From an uncultured virus (IMG/VR IMGVR_UViG_3300037851_001367) (Duplodnaviria > Heunggongvirae > Uroviricota > Caudoviricetes): 55,105 nt of DNA. The position numbers and the translations under genes were made by a program. Positions 27,035-35,899 of the stretch are shown in pieces; position 1 is the stretch's first letter; each line of letters begins with the position of its first letter. The notes beneath the pieces are model-generated. The model did no database searches. It was not told the DNA's origin and worked only from the letters and a program-made list of their open reading frames with translations. Where the stretch lies: IMG/VR virus record IMGVR_UViG_3300037851_001367. The stretch is one strand, 5' to 3'.

Positions 27035-27108
27035 GCCGACGTAGCCCAACAGGCAGAGGCAGCCGCTTCAAACCCGGCTAAGTGCGAGTTCGACTCTCGC
27101 CGTCGGTA
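27035..27108 (+). tRNA. tRNA-Leu(CAA), short variable loop
   Basis: loop TTCAAAC, Leu-type D-loop, A73. Confidence 0.8.
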
Positions 27109-27139
27109 CCGGCTGGCCTTTTATGGCATGGTAGATCCT

Positions 27140-27298
27140 ATGCAGATCTACCTCGCTCCCCTCGTGTGCCTGGCCGGCCTCGTCATCTACCTTCTGGTGG
27201 ACAAGCCGAAGCCCTCCCAGCTCGGCTTCGCGATGTTCTGTTGCGGCCTCCTTGCGAGCCTCCTGCAGTTCGCCGGCAAGTCGTTCGGCATCCACTGA
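27140..27298 (+). CDS. Small two-TM membrane protein
   Basis: MQIYLAPLVCLAGLVIYLL... Confidence 0.6.
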   Translation: MQIYLAPLVCLAGLVIYLLVDKPKPSQLGFAMFCCGLLASLLQFAGKSFGIH

Positions 27299-27368
27299 GA
27301 TATCCTTCAAGGACCACCGTCCGGTGTAACCTCACCGTGCAGTTCCAGCACGACACGAGGCCAACACC

Positions 27369-29711
27369 ATGACGACATCCCTGAAGATATCCGACCACCT
27401 GTACCTCGTCACCCAGCCCGTCAGCAAGGCGGCGCCGAAGAAGAAGGTCGAGGTGGCGACGAACCACATCGCCGTCGTCGACTGCTCCGGCAGCATGTAC
27501 GGCGAGATCGGCAACATCCGCGAGCAGCTCAAGAAGAAGCTCCCGAAGCTCATCAATGAGAAGGACACCTTCTCGATGATCTGGTTCTCCGGGCGCGGCG
27601 AGTTCGGCACCCTCATCGAGGGCGAGCCGGTCTCAACGCTCAAGGACCTCTCCGACGTCAACAAGGCCATCGACCGGTGGCTCAAGTGCGTCGGCCTCAC
27701 CGGGTTCAAGGAGCCCCTGGAAGAGGTCAGCAAGGTCGTCGAGCGCATCAAGAAGAAGCGCCCCGACAGCGCCTTCTCGCTCTTCTTCATGTCGGACGGC
27801 TGCGACAACCAGTGGAGCCGCCCGGACATCCTGAAGGCCGTCGAGAAGGCCGCGGAAGGCCTCGCCTCCGCCACCTTCGTCGAGTACGGCTACTACGCCG
27901 ACCGCCCGCTGCTGACGCAGATGGCGGAGAAGTGCGGCGGCCAGCTCATCTTCGCCGAGCAGTTCGACAAGTACGAGGCCTCCTTCGAGGCCGCGATGCA
28001 GAACCGCCCGACGGGCGCGCCCAAGATCCAGGTCGACATCCCGACCGACGCGGTCGAGAAGGTCGTCTGGACCCGCGTCGACGGCGCCCTCACCACCTAC
28101 GCGGTCGAGTCCGGCGCGGCGAACGTGCCGGAGGACACCCCGGCCATCTACTACCTGGCGACCTCCGCGGTCGGCACGGTCTCGGGCGACCTCAACGGCG
28201 CCGCGAGCTCCCGCACGACCGGCGACGACTTCGACTCGGCCTACGCGGCGGTCTCGCTGATGTCGGTCCGCATGAAGCCGAAGGTCGTCCTGCCGATCCT
28301 CAAGGCCCTCGGCGACGTCTCCCTCATCGAGCAGTTCTCCGGGTGCTTCGGCAAGCAGAAGTACTCGGCCTTCATGGACTTCGCGAAGGACCTCTCCTTC
28401 AACCCGAAGGTCCGGTTTTCGAAGGGCTACGACCCGAAGAAGGTGCCGCGCGACGACGCGTTCACCGTGCTGGAGCTCCTGCAACTCCTGTCGGGTGACG
28501 AGGGCAACCGCATGCTGCTCGACCACGAGCAGTTCAAGTACGCCCGCATCGGCCGCGGCCGGGTCGACTCCTCGGAGAACCTGACCGCCGAAGAGCTCGA
28601 CCAGATCCAGCAGCTCACGGCGAAGATCGCCTCCGAGAAGAGCGCGGCGAAGATCAAGGAGATCCAGAAGCAGATCTCGGCGATCACCGACGCGAAGCAG
28701 CCGGCGCTGAAGTTCTCCCAGGACGAGGCGGAGGCCAAGAAGGGCTTCCCGATCTCGTCGCTCACCTGGAACGAGGACAAGCCGAACGTCTCGGTGCTCG
28801 TCAAGAAGCCCGGCACGGTCGACATCTCGCCGCGGCTCCCGAAGGAGTTCAAGGGCAAGGTCCCGGAGCAGTTCCCGACGTTCGTGTACCGCAACTACGC
28901 GATCATCAAGGATGGGCTCATTAACGTCAAGGTGATGCCGGCGGTCCTGTCGAAGGACACGCTCGCGCAGCTGGAGGCGAAGGTCAAGGACGGCTCGGCG
29001 CCCGAGGGACTCGTCACCACGCACACGGACGGCACCACGCTGCTCCACGTCGAAAAGCTCCCCGTCATCAACCAGAACATGGTCAACGACGTGGACCCCG
29101 AGGACTTCTTCAACCGCCAGTGGGCGCTGACGAAGGCCCAGGCGGCGCAGAAGGTCTACAACGCCTTCCACAAGGAGATGCTCCCGCAGGTCAAGGCGAA
29201 GGGCTTCGTCGAGACGTACGGCGGCGAAGCGTCCGACTGGCTCAAGGAGCAGGGCATCACCGAGCACTCGGGCTTCGGCCCCAAGACGGTCCAGGCCGAG
29301 GCCAAGGACGTCTACCTGGCGAAGGAGCTCAAGGTCTCGCTCAAGGGCTACTCGAAGCTGCCGAGCCTCAAGGAGCTCAAGGAGATGATCGCCAAGGGCA
29401 AGGTGAACCCGCCCGGGGCGCTCATGCAGCCCTTCTACGAGGAGGTCGAGGACTTCCTCAAGAGCAAGGCCTACACGGGCGCGTCCGCGAAGGACAAGGT
29501 CCTGGAAGCCTGGCTCGACGGGCAGAAGAAAGCAAAGACCGCCGAGGTCCGCCGCCTGATCTACGAGATCGCCCGCACGACGTTCACGCTCATCGTCGGC
29601 CAGGTCTGGTTCAAGGGCTGGAAGCCCGAGGACAACACCCTCACCGTCAAGGACGGGCCGCTCGCGGTGGTCTGCACCGCCGAGATGCGCGAGGTGGAAA
29701 TCAAGGTCTGA
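27369..29711 (+). CDS. Large protein with N-terminal vWA domain
   Basis: VVDCSGSM MIDAS, T in GLTGF, MSDG; about 550 aa of unknown C-terminal region. Confidence 0.85.
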   Translation: MTTSLKISDHLYLVTQPVSKAAPKKKVEVATNHIAVVDCSGSMYGEIGNIREQLKKKLPKLINEKDTFSMIWFSGRGEFGTLIEGEPVSTLKDLSDVNKAIDRWLKCVGLTGFKEPLEEVSKVVERIKKKRPDSAFSLFFMSDGCDNQWSRPDILKAVEKAAEGLASATFVEYGYYADRPLLTQMAEKCGGQLIFAEQFDKYEASFEAAMQNRPTGAPKIQVDIPTDAVEKVVWTRVDGALTTYAVESGAANVPEDTPAIYYLATSAVGTVSGDLNGAASSRTTGDDFDSAYAAVSLMSVRMKPKVVLPILKALGDVSLIEQFSGCFGKQKYSAFMDFAKDLSFNPKVRFSKGYDPKKVPRDDAFTVLELLQLLSGDEGNRMLLDHEQFKYARIGRGRVDSSENLTAEELDQIQQLTAKIASEKSAAKIKEIQKQISAITDAKQPALKFSQDEAEAKKGFPISSLTWNEDKPNVSVLVKKPGTVDISPRLPKEFKGKVPEQFPTFVYRNYAIIKDGLINVKVMPAVLSKDTLAQLEAKVKDGSAPEGLVTTHTDGTTLLHVEKLPVINQNMVNDVDPEDFFNRQWALTKAQAAQKVYNAFHKEMLPQVKAKGFVETYGGEASDWLKEQGITEHSGFGPKTVQAEAKDVYLAKELKVSLKGYSKLPSLKELKEMIAKGKVNPPGALMQPFYEEVEDFLKSKAYTGASAKDKVLEAWLDGQKKAKTAEVRRLIYEIARTTFTLIVGQVWFKGWKPEDNTLTVKDGPLAVVCTAEMREVEIKV

Positions 29712-29729
29712 CCCGCGTAGGGCCGCCAT

Positions 29730-29868
29730 CATCGGCGGCTCTGTACTGGGGCTGGCGGTCGTCGGGATAACGCCTTCCACCGTGAAAGCGCTTGCGTTGG
29801 CGCAAGTAGCGGAGGAGGCCCGGCGTCGCGGGGTTCGAATCCCCGCCCCTGGTACAGAGCCGCCGATG
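29730..29868 (+). ncRNA. tRNA-like RNA with extended acceptor stem and elongated anticodon arm
   Basis: about 22-bp terminal stem, D-like arm, canonical T-arm, GAAA/AGTA internal loop. Confidence 0.65.
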
Positions 29869-29945
29869 TACTGTCCGGAGTTCCCGGAAGCTCCCGTCCC
29901 GCCGCCGTACAGTGTCGGGGCGGGAGCAGGACGTTGAACAACTTC

Positions 29946-30113
29946 ATGTCGGGCGACGAGCTGGAGAAGTTCGTCCAGAAGGTCGAAAAGCTGAAGGCCG
30001 AGGGGCTTCCGACCTACGCCATCATGGAACGGCTCGGCGTCCCCCGGTCGACCCTCGTCCTGCGCCTCAAGAGGTACCGGGACACCAAGGCGAGAGGCCC
30101 CTCGGGGGCGTAA
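29946..30113 (+). CDS. Small HTH DNA-binding protein
   Basis: GLPTYAIMERLGVPRSTLVLRL helix-turn-helix pattern. Confidence 0.65.
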   Translation: MSGDELEKFVQKVEKLKAEGLPTYAIMERLGVPRSTLVLRLKRYRDTKARGPSGA

Positions 30114-30121
30114 GGTCCAGC

Positions 30122-31561
30122 GTGCCGACCTACCAGATAGAGATGCTGTGGACCTGCCGGGTCTGCCGCTCGGCAGACAACCGGGGCCTCCACAAGCACT
30201 GCACGAACTGCGGCAAGCCGAAGGACGAGCGCGACGTCGAGCGGTTCCCCGACGACCTGTCCGAAAGTAACGCACTCTCCGGCGAGGATCAGCGGAAGGC
30301 GCTTGCCGGCCCCGACTGGAAGTGCAAGTTCTGCGGCACGCTCCAGAACTCCCTCGGCCGCTGCTGCGCCGAGTGCGGCTGCGACAAGGAGACTGGCGAG
30401 AAGCCCTGGCAGTACTCGGGCCCTGGCAAGGTCACCGAGGACCTCGACACCGGCCGCAAGAGCACCACGGGCGTTCCGCCCACCGTCGTCGAGCGCCGGT
30501 TTGCGAAGTCCAAGGCGACCATCGACGTCGACCTGTTCCGGGCTCCGGCGAGGACGGACGACCCCGTCGTCACGCCGTGGGAGCCGACGGACCAGCCGAA
30601 GCCAAAGGCTCGGCCTCCGGAGCCGGAGCGCATTTTCGCTGAGAGCACCGGCGGCTACCGAGACCCGCCCGCGGTGGAGACGGCGCCGCCCGTGGAGCGG
30701 GAGTTCGTCCCGAACACCGGCAGCTACAGGGACCCTCCGAAGATCTTCATTCCCAGGACCCCGCTCCACCGGCGCCCCGGGTTCCTGCGCAACGTCGGCG
30801 TCCTAGCGGCCGTCGTGGGCCTCGCGCTCGTGCTATGGCTCGTCTTCCGCACCAAGGTCGTCGACGCGCGCGTCACCACCGTCTCGTGGCAGCACGACGT
30901 CATCGTCGACCGCTACCAGGTTTACCGGAGGGAGGGCTGGGACTCCGACCCTGGGGCCTTCGAGGTCCACGACGAGGGCCGTCGCGTCCATCACTACGAC
31001 CACGTCCAGGTTGGCTCTCACAGGGAGAGCTACCAGGAGAGCTACACGTGCGGTCAGACCTGCACCACGGTCAAAGGCTCGTGTTACACGACGTCGCGAA
31101 CCTGCACCTCGAACAAGAACGGCACCGCCACCTGCACCGGAGGCGACCGCGTCTGCAGCCCCGACACGAAGTCGTGCGTCGACAAGACCTGCACGCGGAC
31201 GGCGTACCGCACCGTCCCCGACTATGAGGACCAGCCCCGGTACCGGACCTGGTATTCGTGGAAGGTCTGGGACTGGGGCTACAACCGCACGGTGCGCGCT
31301 GCCGGATCGTCGATGGAGACGCGTTGGCCGGCCGACGCCGAGCTCCAGCCCCTGGGCCTCGCGCCCGGCGAGCAGGAGCGTCACCGCCGCCAGGAGCTCT
31401 ACAGCGTCACCCTATCCGACTCGAAGGACTCGTGGACGATCAAGCCCAAGTCCGAGCCGGACTTTCAGCGCTTCCCGCCCGGAAGCCGCTTCAAGCTGAA
31501 GGTCGGCATCGCCAACGGCGTGACGGTCCTCGGGTTGAACGGGAGCTCGGACGAGTACTGA
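30122..31561 (+). CDS. Membrane protein with N-terminal RanBP2-like Zn fingers and a Cys-rich external domain
   Basis: WTCRVC..CTNC, WKCKFC..CAEC, single TM; GTAAGGT-N5-GTG. Confidence 0.8.
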   Translation: MPTYQIEMLWTCRVCRSADNRGLHKHCTNCGKPKDERDVERFPDDLSESNALSGEDQRKALAGPDWKCKFCGTLQNSLGRCCAECGCDKETGEKPWQYSGPGKVTEDLDTGRKSTTGVPPTVVERRFAKSKATIDVDLFRAPARTDDPVVTPWEPTDQPKPKARPPEPERIFAESTGGYRDPPAVETAPPVEREFVPNTGSYRDPPKIFIPRTPLHRRPGFLRNVGVLAAVVGLALVLWLVFRTKVVDARVTTVSWQHDVIVDRYQVYRREGWDSDPGAFEVHDEGRRVHHYDHVQVGSHRESYQESYTCGQTCTTVKGSCYTTSRTCTSNKNGTATCTGGDRVCSPDTKSCVDKTCTRTAYRTVPDYEDQPRYRTWYSWKVWDWGYNRTVRAAGSSMETRWPADAELQPLGLAPGEQERHRRQELYSVTLSDSKDSWTIKPKSEPDFQRFPPGSRFKLKVGIANGVTVLGLNGSSDEY

Positions 31562-31574
31562 GTACGGTGCGGGC

Positions 31575-32081
31575 ATGGGCCACGCCGAGTCGTACGTCAA
31601 CAGGTTCTACCCTGACCAGAGCGTTGCGCTCATTCAGCGCTACTGGGTACACCCGCAGGTCCTCGTCGGCGGCAGCGTCAACGACGCGGAGGACTGGCAG
31701 CACCTTCAGCGCGACTTCGGCATCCAGTCGGTCCTCAACGTCGAGACCGAGCACTCCGACGAGGGGAAGGGCATCGCCCGCCTCTCCGAGTGCCGCGTTC
31801 CCGACGTCGGCGAGCCGATTCCGCGCGGGATTGTCCGCCAGGCTGTCAGCTTCGCCAAGCTCGCCGCCGGGTTCGGCCCCATTTACGTCCACTGTCAGAT
31901 GGGAGGGTCGCGCAGTCCAGCCTTCGCCTACGCCATCCTTCGCTGGGTGCACGAGATGACGCCCCAACAGGCCTTCGACGCCCTCCGCGCTTCGCGCGAC
32001 TGGGCTCCCGGCCTGCCGTACGGGGATCACCACTACCACAAGGTCTACCTGGCCTCGGTCGACGAGGCCCTCAAGTCCTAG
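31575..32081 (+). CDS. Dual-specificity protein phosphatase
   Basis: VHCQMGGSRS (HCx5R) motif. Confidence 0.88.
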   Translation: MGHAESYVNRFYPDQSVALIQRYWVHPQVLVGGSVNDAEDWQHLQRDFGIQSVLNVETEHSDEGKGIARLSECRVPDVGEPIPRGIVRQAVSFAKLAAGFGPIYVHCQMGGSRSPAFAYAILRWVHEMTPQQAFDALRASRDWAPGLPYGDHHYHKVYLASVDEALKS

Positions 32082-32434
32082 ATCCTCATCGACTTCCACG
32101 GCTTGTCGGGCGACGGAATGCCAAACGTCTCGCCTCCGGCGGCCTTCTGGAACGCTTGGTCGGCCTCATAGGCGAGCGCCTGCATCTCCTTCGCCTTCTT
32201 GCGGTCCGCGGCGTCCCTCCACGACTTGGCGGCCTGAATGGCGGCCTTCACGGCCTCCTTGAGCGCCGCGGCGTCGGTTCCCGCCTCCTGGATCGCCTTG
32301 CGGGCTGCCGCCTCCGCGGCCTCCGCCGCGCGGACGACCGCCTTCTTCATCACCTCGTTCGGGACGTAGGGGTCTCCGAACGACTTGTATGTGGGCTTGT
32401 TCGCTACGCGGGCGGCAATCCTGAGGAGGTCCAC
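32078..32434 (-). CDS. Ala-rich helical hypothetical protein
   Basis: MDLLRIAARVA... Confidence 0.7.
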   Translation of the reverse strand: MDLLRIAARVANKPTYKSFGDPYVPNEVMKKAVVRAAEAAEAAARKAIQEAGTDAAALKEAVKAAIQAAKSWRDAADRKKAKEMQALAYEADQAFQKAAGGETFGIPSPDKPWKSMRI

Positions 32435-32459
32435 GCCGTTCCGTGATCATCAAAGACTT

Positions 32460-32534
32460 CGGGGTGTAGCTCAGCTTGGTTAGAGCGCTGCTTTCGGGAA
32501 GCAGAGGTCGGACGTTCGAATCGTCTCACCCCGA
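32460..32534 (+). tRNA. tRNA-Pro(CGG)
   Basis: cloverleaf, loop TTCGGGA. Confidence 0.92.
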
Positions 32535-32540
32535 CTGACC

Positions 32541-32569
32541 TTGACCGCGAGGCCAAGGTGTTGTATATT
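32541..32569 (+). promoter_or_regulatory. Sigma70-type promoter
   Basis: TTGACC-17 nt-TATATT upstream of a tRNA cluster. Confidence 0.7.
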
Positions 32570-32669
32570 GGAAGGAAGCGCGGCAGTTTGACCTGACCGT
32601 GCGGGCTCCCGGAAACGCCGGAAGTTGCGGGCGAGGAAAGCGACGCAGCCGGAACGAGAGGGACCCATC

Positions 32670-32746
32670 GGGCCTGTAGCTCAGCTGGCAGCAGCGGGTG
32701 CCCTACAAGCATCAGGTCGTCGGTTCGATCCCGACCGGGCCCACCA
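32670..32746 (+). tRNA. tRNA-Val(TAC), C at position 33
   Basis: loop CCTACAA, encoded CCA. Confidence 0.85.
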
Positions 32747-32747
32747 T

Positions 32748-32822
32748 TGGCCGGTAGTTCACCGGTAGAACGCTCCCCTGACACGGGAGAGGCAGAGGGT
32801 TCAACTCCCTCCCGGCCAACCA
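32748..32822 (+). tRNA. tRNA-Val(GAC)
   Basis: loop CTGACAC, encoded CCA. Confidence 0.9.
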
Positions 32823-32823
32823 T

Positions 32824-32898
32824 GCGCACGTAGCACAAAGGTAAGTGCACCCGGCTGATAACCGGGCGACGGTGGTTCGAATCCACCCGTGCGCACCA
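32824..32898 (+). tRNA. tRNA-Ile(GAT)
   Basis: loop CTGATAA, encoded CCA. Confidence 0.9.
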
Positions 32899-32899
32899 T

Positions 32900-32971
32900 C
32901 AGGGTGATGGACTAGGGTAGTCCGCTCGGCTTGGGACCGAGAATTAGCAGGTTCGATTCCTGTCGCCCTGA
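32900..32971 (+). tRNA. tRNA-Pro(TGG)
   Basis: loop CTTGGGA. Confidence 0.85.
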
Positions 32972-32989
32972 CCGCTGTACGCTCGCACG

Positions 32990-33436
32990 GTGCCCATCGA
33001 CAAGAACGAGCACAGTGCGATGAAGCTCCCGCCCGGGGCTCCCGTCGAGACCGTCCGGGCGACGATGATGGCAGAGTTCCTCTGCGGAGTCACCGGGACG
33101 ACCGCCGATCTCGACAAGGCGATGGCCATCTTCGAGCGCCTCGTCGAGACCTTCATGCGGCGCTGCGAGAAGGTCGGCGTCACCGTCCACTTTCCGCAGG
33201 GCACCTTTCGCCCGATGAACCGGGAGGAGGCCGTCGCCTTCGTCCCGAGGAAGTTCCACTGGGCCCCTGACGGGGGGAGAGTCTGCAACACCGAGTTCGT
33301 CTCGCGCAAGCAGCTGACAGACGACCCCAAGAAGGTGACGTGCAAGCTCTGCCTCAGGTGGATGGAGAAGAACGATGTCCGAGTGGAAGCAGGGAGCGGC
33401 GAAGCGCAGGGACGAGAGGAACACTCGCGGGCCTAG
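32990..33436 (+). CDS. Hypothetical protein
   Basis: GTACGCT upstream; H..C...VTCKLC motif. Confidence 0.65.
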   Translation: MPIDKNEHSAMKLPPGAPVETVRATMMAEFLCGVTGTTADLDKAMAIFERLVETFMRRCEKVGVTVHFPQGTFRPMNREEAVAFVPRKFHWAPDGGRVCNTEFVSRKQLTDDPKKVTCKLCLRWMEKNDVRVEAGSGEAQGREEHSRA

Positions 33437-33671
33437 CAGGCAGCGCCCTCCGCCGTCGAAGAAGAACACGAAGCGCTGGTGCCGCGGCAAGGTCGGCGTC
33501 GAGCACAAGCCCGAGTGCCGCGTCTACCGGGACGTGAAGATGGCGTACGCCGGACTGAAGGGCGACTTCCTCAAGGGATGGCGAGTCCTCGTCTGCACCG
33601 AGTGCGGCAAGGAGCTCGCGACGTACTACCCATTCGGCAAGAGCGAACCGCCCGCCTGGGTGACCTGCTAG
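33375..33671 (+). CDS. Small basic Zn-binding hypothetical protein
   Basis: WCRGK..H...CTECGK. Confidence 0.65.
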   Translation: MSEWKQGAAKRRDERNTRGPSRQRPPPSKKNTKRWCRGKVGVEHKPECRVYRDVKMAYAGLKGDFLKGWRVLVCTECGKELATYYPFGKSEPPAWVTC

Positions 33672-34150
33672 AGGTCGTGGACGTCCTCGACCGTGTCCAG
33701 ATAGTCGAGGTGCTCCAGGGTGAAGTCGTCGATCTCCATCGACGCCGACATGCCCTCTACGGACACCGGCTTGCGGTCGAAGAGGTCGACCGCGTCCCTC
33801 ACCGTCTGGCCCTTCCTCGCCGTCATGACCACGCTGCCCACGAACGTCCAGACGGCCTTCTCGCCGACCACCTGGTGGAAGGACCGGGCGAAGATGAGCA
33901 CCGTCCCTCCGTGCTCCTGAAGGTTGGCGATGGTCGCGATGGCCCTCGTGATCATCCTCGTCACCGACTCGGCGGTGAACCCGGCGATCTCGATCTCGGG
34001 CAGGACGACGTTCTTGCCGGCCGTCGTCTTCCACGTGTGGCCGTCGTCGTCCACGTAGTACCATTCCTCGTCTCCCGACGGCCGGTACGCCGGCAGCTCG
34101 CCGTCCCGGACCCTGAAGGCGAGCACGTCGACGAGGTACTTCCTGCTCAT
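33668..34150 (-). CDS. Hypothetical protein with VxxVHxx tail
   Basis: GTAAGGT-N5-ATG; ends TVEDVHDL-stop. Confidence 0.75.
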   Translation of the reverse strand: MSRKYLVDVLAFRVRDGELPAYRPSGDEEWYYVDDDGHTWKTTAGKNVVLPEIEIAGFTAESVTRMITRAIATIANLQEHGGTVLIFARSFHQVVGEKAVWTFVGSVVMTARKGQTVRDAVDLFDRKPVSVEGMSASMEIDDFTLEHLDYLDTVEDVHDL

Positions 34151-34166
34151 GTGAAACCTTACGCTC

Positions 34167-34242
34167 GTCCCCGTAGTCTAGCGGATCAGGCAGCGCTTTC
34201 CTAAAGCGCGTTACGCAGGTTCGAGTCCTGCCGGGGACACCA
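34167..34242 (+). tRNA. tRNA-Arg(CCT)
   Basis: loop TTCCTAA, encoded CCA. Confidence 0.9.
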
Positions 34243-34243
34243 T

Positions 34244-34318
34244 GTCGCGGTAGCCAAGTGGAAAGGCATCAGGCTGCAACCCTGACACGCGTCGGTTCAA
34301 TCCCGACCCGCGACTCCA
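34244..34318 (+). tRNA. tRNA-Cys(GCA)
   Basis: loop CTGCAAC, U73, encoded CCA. Confidence 0.92.
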
Positions 34319-34319
34319 G

Positions 34320-35087
34320 TCACCAGCTCAGAACGCCGCGACGGTATATGTTCTCGAAGTAGGCGGCGCTCCGGGCCACGTTCGCAACCCGCCAGTCGCA
34401 CATCATGGCCGCCGGCTCCTGCTTCAGCCCCGCGGCGTCCGCGGCTGCCCCGAAGCACCACGGCCCGTGCGTGCCGTTGTCGATAGCGCCGGTCTGAGCG
34501 GTCGAGCCCGCGAGCATGCCGTTGAGGTAGGCCCTCTGGGTCGTGCCGTCGTACGTCATCCCGACGTGGAACCAGACGCCGGACGGGAGCGGGGAAGGGT
34601 TGGCCGCCACGGTTACCTGCGTCCTCGTCCCTCCGACGGTCACGTCGGTCTTCCACTGGCCGTCGCCGGAGCTCAGGTGCGAGACATTGACCACGACATA
34701 AGGCTCGCTCCAGCTCGTGTCGTTCCGGTACCTCTTGTGGAGGAAGAGGCCGAAGTTGTCCCCTCCGCCGGTCAAGTAGTTGCGGAGCTTGACCCACCCG
34801 GAGACTGATATGGGCGACGAGATGGCGAGGGCGGATAGGCCGCCGGCCGTCAGAAGCCTGTTCCTCGTGGAGCTGGCGCCCGCCGGATACGTCCCCTGAG
34901 CCGGGAAGTATGGACACTTCTCCCCGAAGACGGAGAGCGCGTCGAGCACCACCGTCCCCGTCATGGAGACGAGGTTCGCGTTGGCGCCGTACGAGCTCGG
35001 CGACGTGGACGAGTTCACGAAGGGAAGAGCCCCCTCGTTCATCCTCCAGACAATGACGTCGTTGGCGTCGGGCAAAACTCTCGGCAT
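34320..35087 (-). CDS. LamG / concanavalin A-like domain protein
   Basis: SVSGWVK...WFHVGMTYDG....YLNG...DWRVAN. Confidence 0.85.
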   Translation of the reverse strand: MPRVLPDANDVIVWRMNEGALPFVNSSTSPSSYGANANLVSMTGTVVLDALSVFGEKCPYFPAQGTYPAGASSTRNRLLTAGGLSALAISSPISVSGWVKLRNYLTGGGDNFGLFLHKRYRNDTSWSEPYVVVNVSHLSSGDGQWKTDVTVGGTRTQVTVAANPSPLPSGVWFHVGMTYDGTTQRAYLNGMLAGSTAQTGAIDNGTHGPWCFGAAADAAGLKQEPAAMMCDWRVANVARSAAYFENIYRRGVLSW

Positions 35088-35088
35088 G

Positions 35089-35898
35089 TCAGAGCCCTGC
35101 GACGTTCCCGGTCCAGCTGAGCTGGCCCTGATAGTAGATGTTCTCGAAGTAGCTCTTCGGACGGACGACGTTCGCGACGCGCCAGTCCGCGAGCTTGCAG
35201 TACGGCTCCTCCGGAGCGCCAGACCCGCTCGGGATCGCCCCGATGAACCATGGTCCGGAGGATCCGGACGTGTCGTAGTTGATAGTGCGCGGAGACCCGG
35301 TGAGGGTGCTCGTGGCCCAGACGTCGCCGTTCAGGTAGAAGACGGAGTTATTGCCGTCGAACGTCTGCCCGACATGGCACCATATTCCGAGCGGAATCCT
35401 CCTGGAAATGTCGATGACGACGCCAGTGTTCTCGCCTCCCTGCGGTCCTGTGAAGACCCCAATGTCGACTTGCTCGCTCTGGCCCACGTAAATGCGATTC
35501 TGGAAGAAGACCGTCTGGAACGTGCTCCCGCTCCAAATACCGATAGTGTGCTGCTTCTGAAACCAGTGCTGCGTGAAGCTGGCGTCATAGCGGAACAGGA
35601 GGATCCATCCGGAGATGGTGATCGGCGGCTGCGGCCGGAACGCGTTCGCCCCGGAGATGAAGGCGCGCGGGCTTGCACTCTGGGAGCCGAAAAACTCCAC
35701 GCATTTGGAGCCGGCGAACGGCCCGACCTGCTGGAGCTTCGGCGTGGTGACGCCGTTGACCGTCGCGGATGAGAGCGTGGTCAGGTTCGCGGCCGACCCG
35801 GCGGAGCTCGGCGACGTTGACGAGTTCACGAACGGCGCACCGCTATCGTCGAACTTCCACACCACGATGTCGCTATTGTCGGGCGTGACCCTGGGCAT
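35089..35898 (-). CDS. LamG / concanavalin A-like domain protein
   Basis: TISGWI...WCHVGQTFDG...FYLNG. Confidence 0.85.
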   Translation of the reverse strand: MPRVTPDNSDIVVWKFDDSGAPFVNSSTSPSSAGSAANLTTLSSATVNGVTTPKLQQVGPFAGSKCVEFFGSQSASPRAFISGANAFRPQPPITISGWILLFRYDASFTQHWFQKQHTIGIWSGSTFQTVFFQNRIYVGQSEQVDIGVFTGPQGGENTGVVIDISRRIPLGIWCHVGQTFDGNNSVFYLNGDVWATSTLTGSPRTINYDTSGSSGPWFIGAIPSGSGAPEEPYCKLADWRVANVVRPKSYFENIYYQGQLSWTGNVAGL

Positions 35899-35899
35899 C

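Noticed and set aside
27035..27108. tRNA-Sec or opal suppressor (TTCAAA in the loop)
   Set aside because: The standard 7-nt loop register gives CAA (Leu), and there is no Sec-type long acceptor or variable arm.
15701..30275. Long antisense ORFs (15701-17818, 20582-21937, 27633-30275)
   Set aside because: They are mirror frames of high-GC3 sense genes that carry recognisable motifs.
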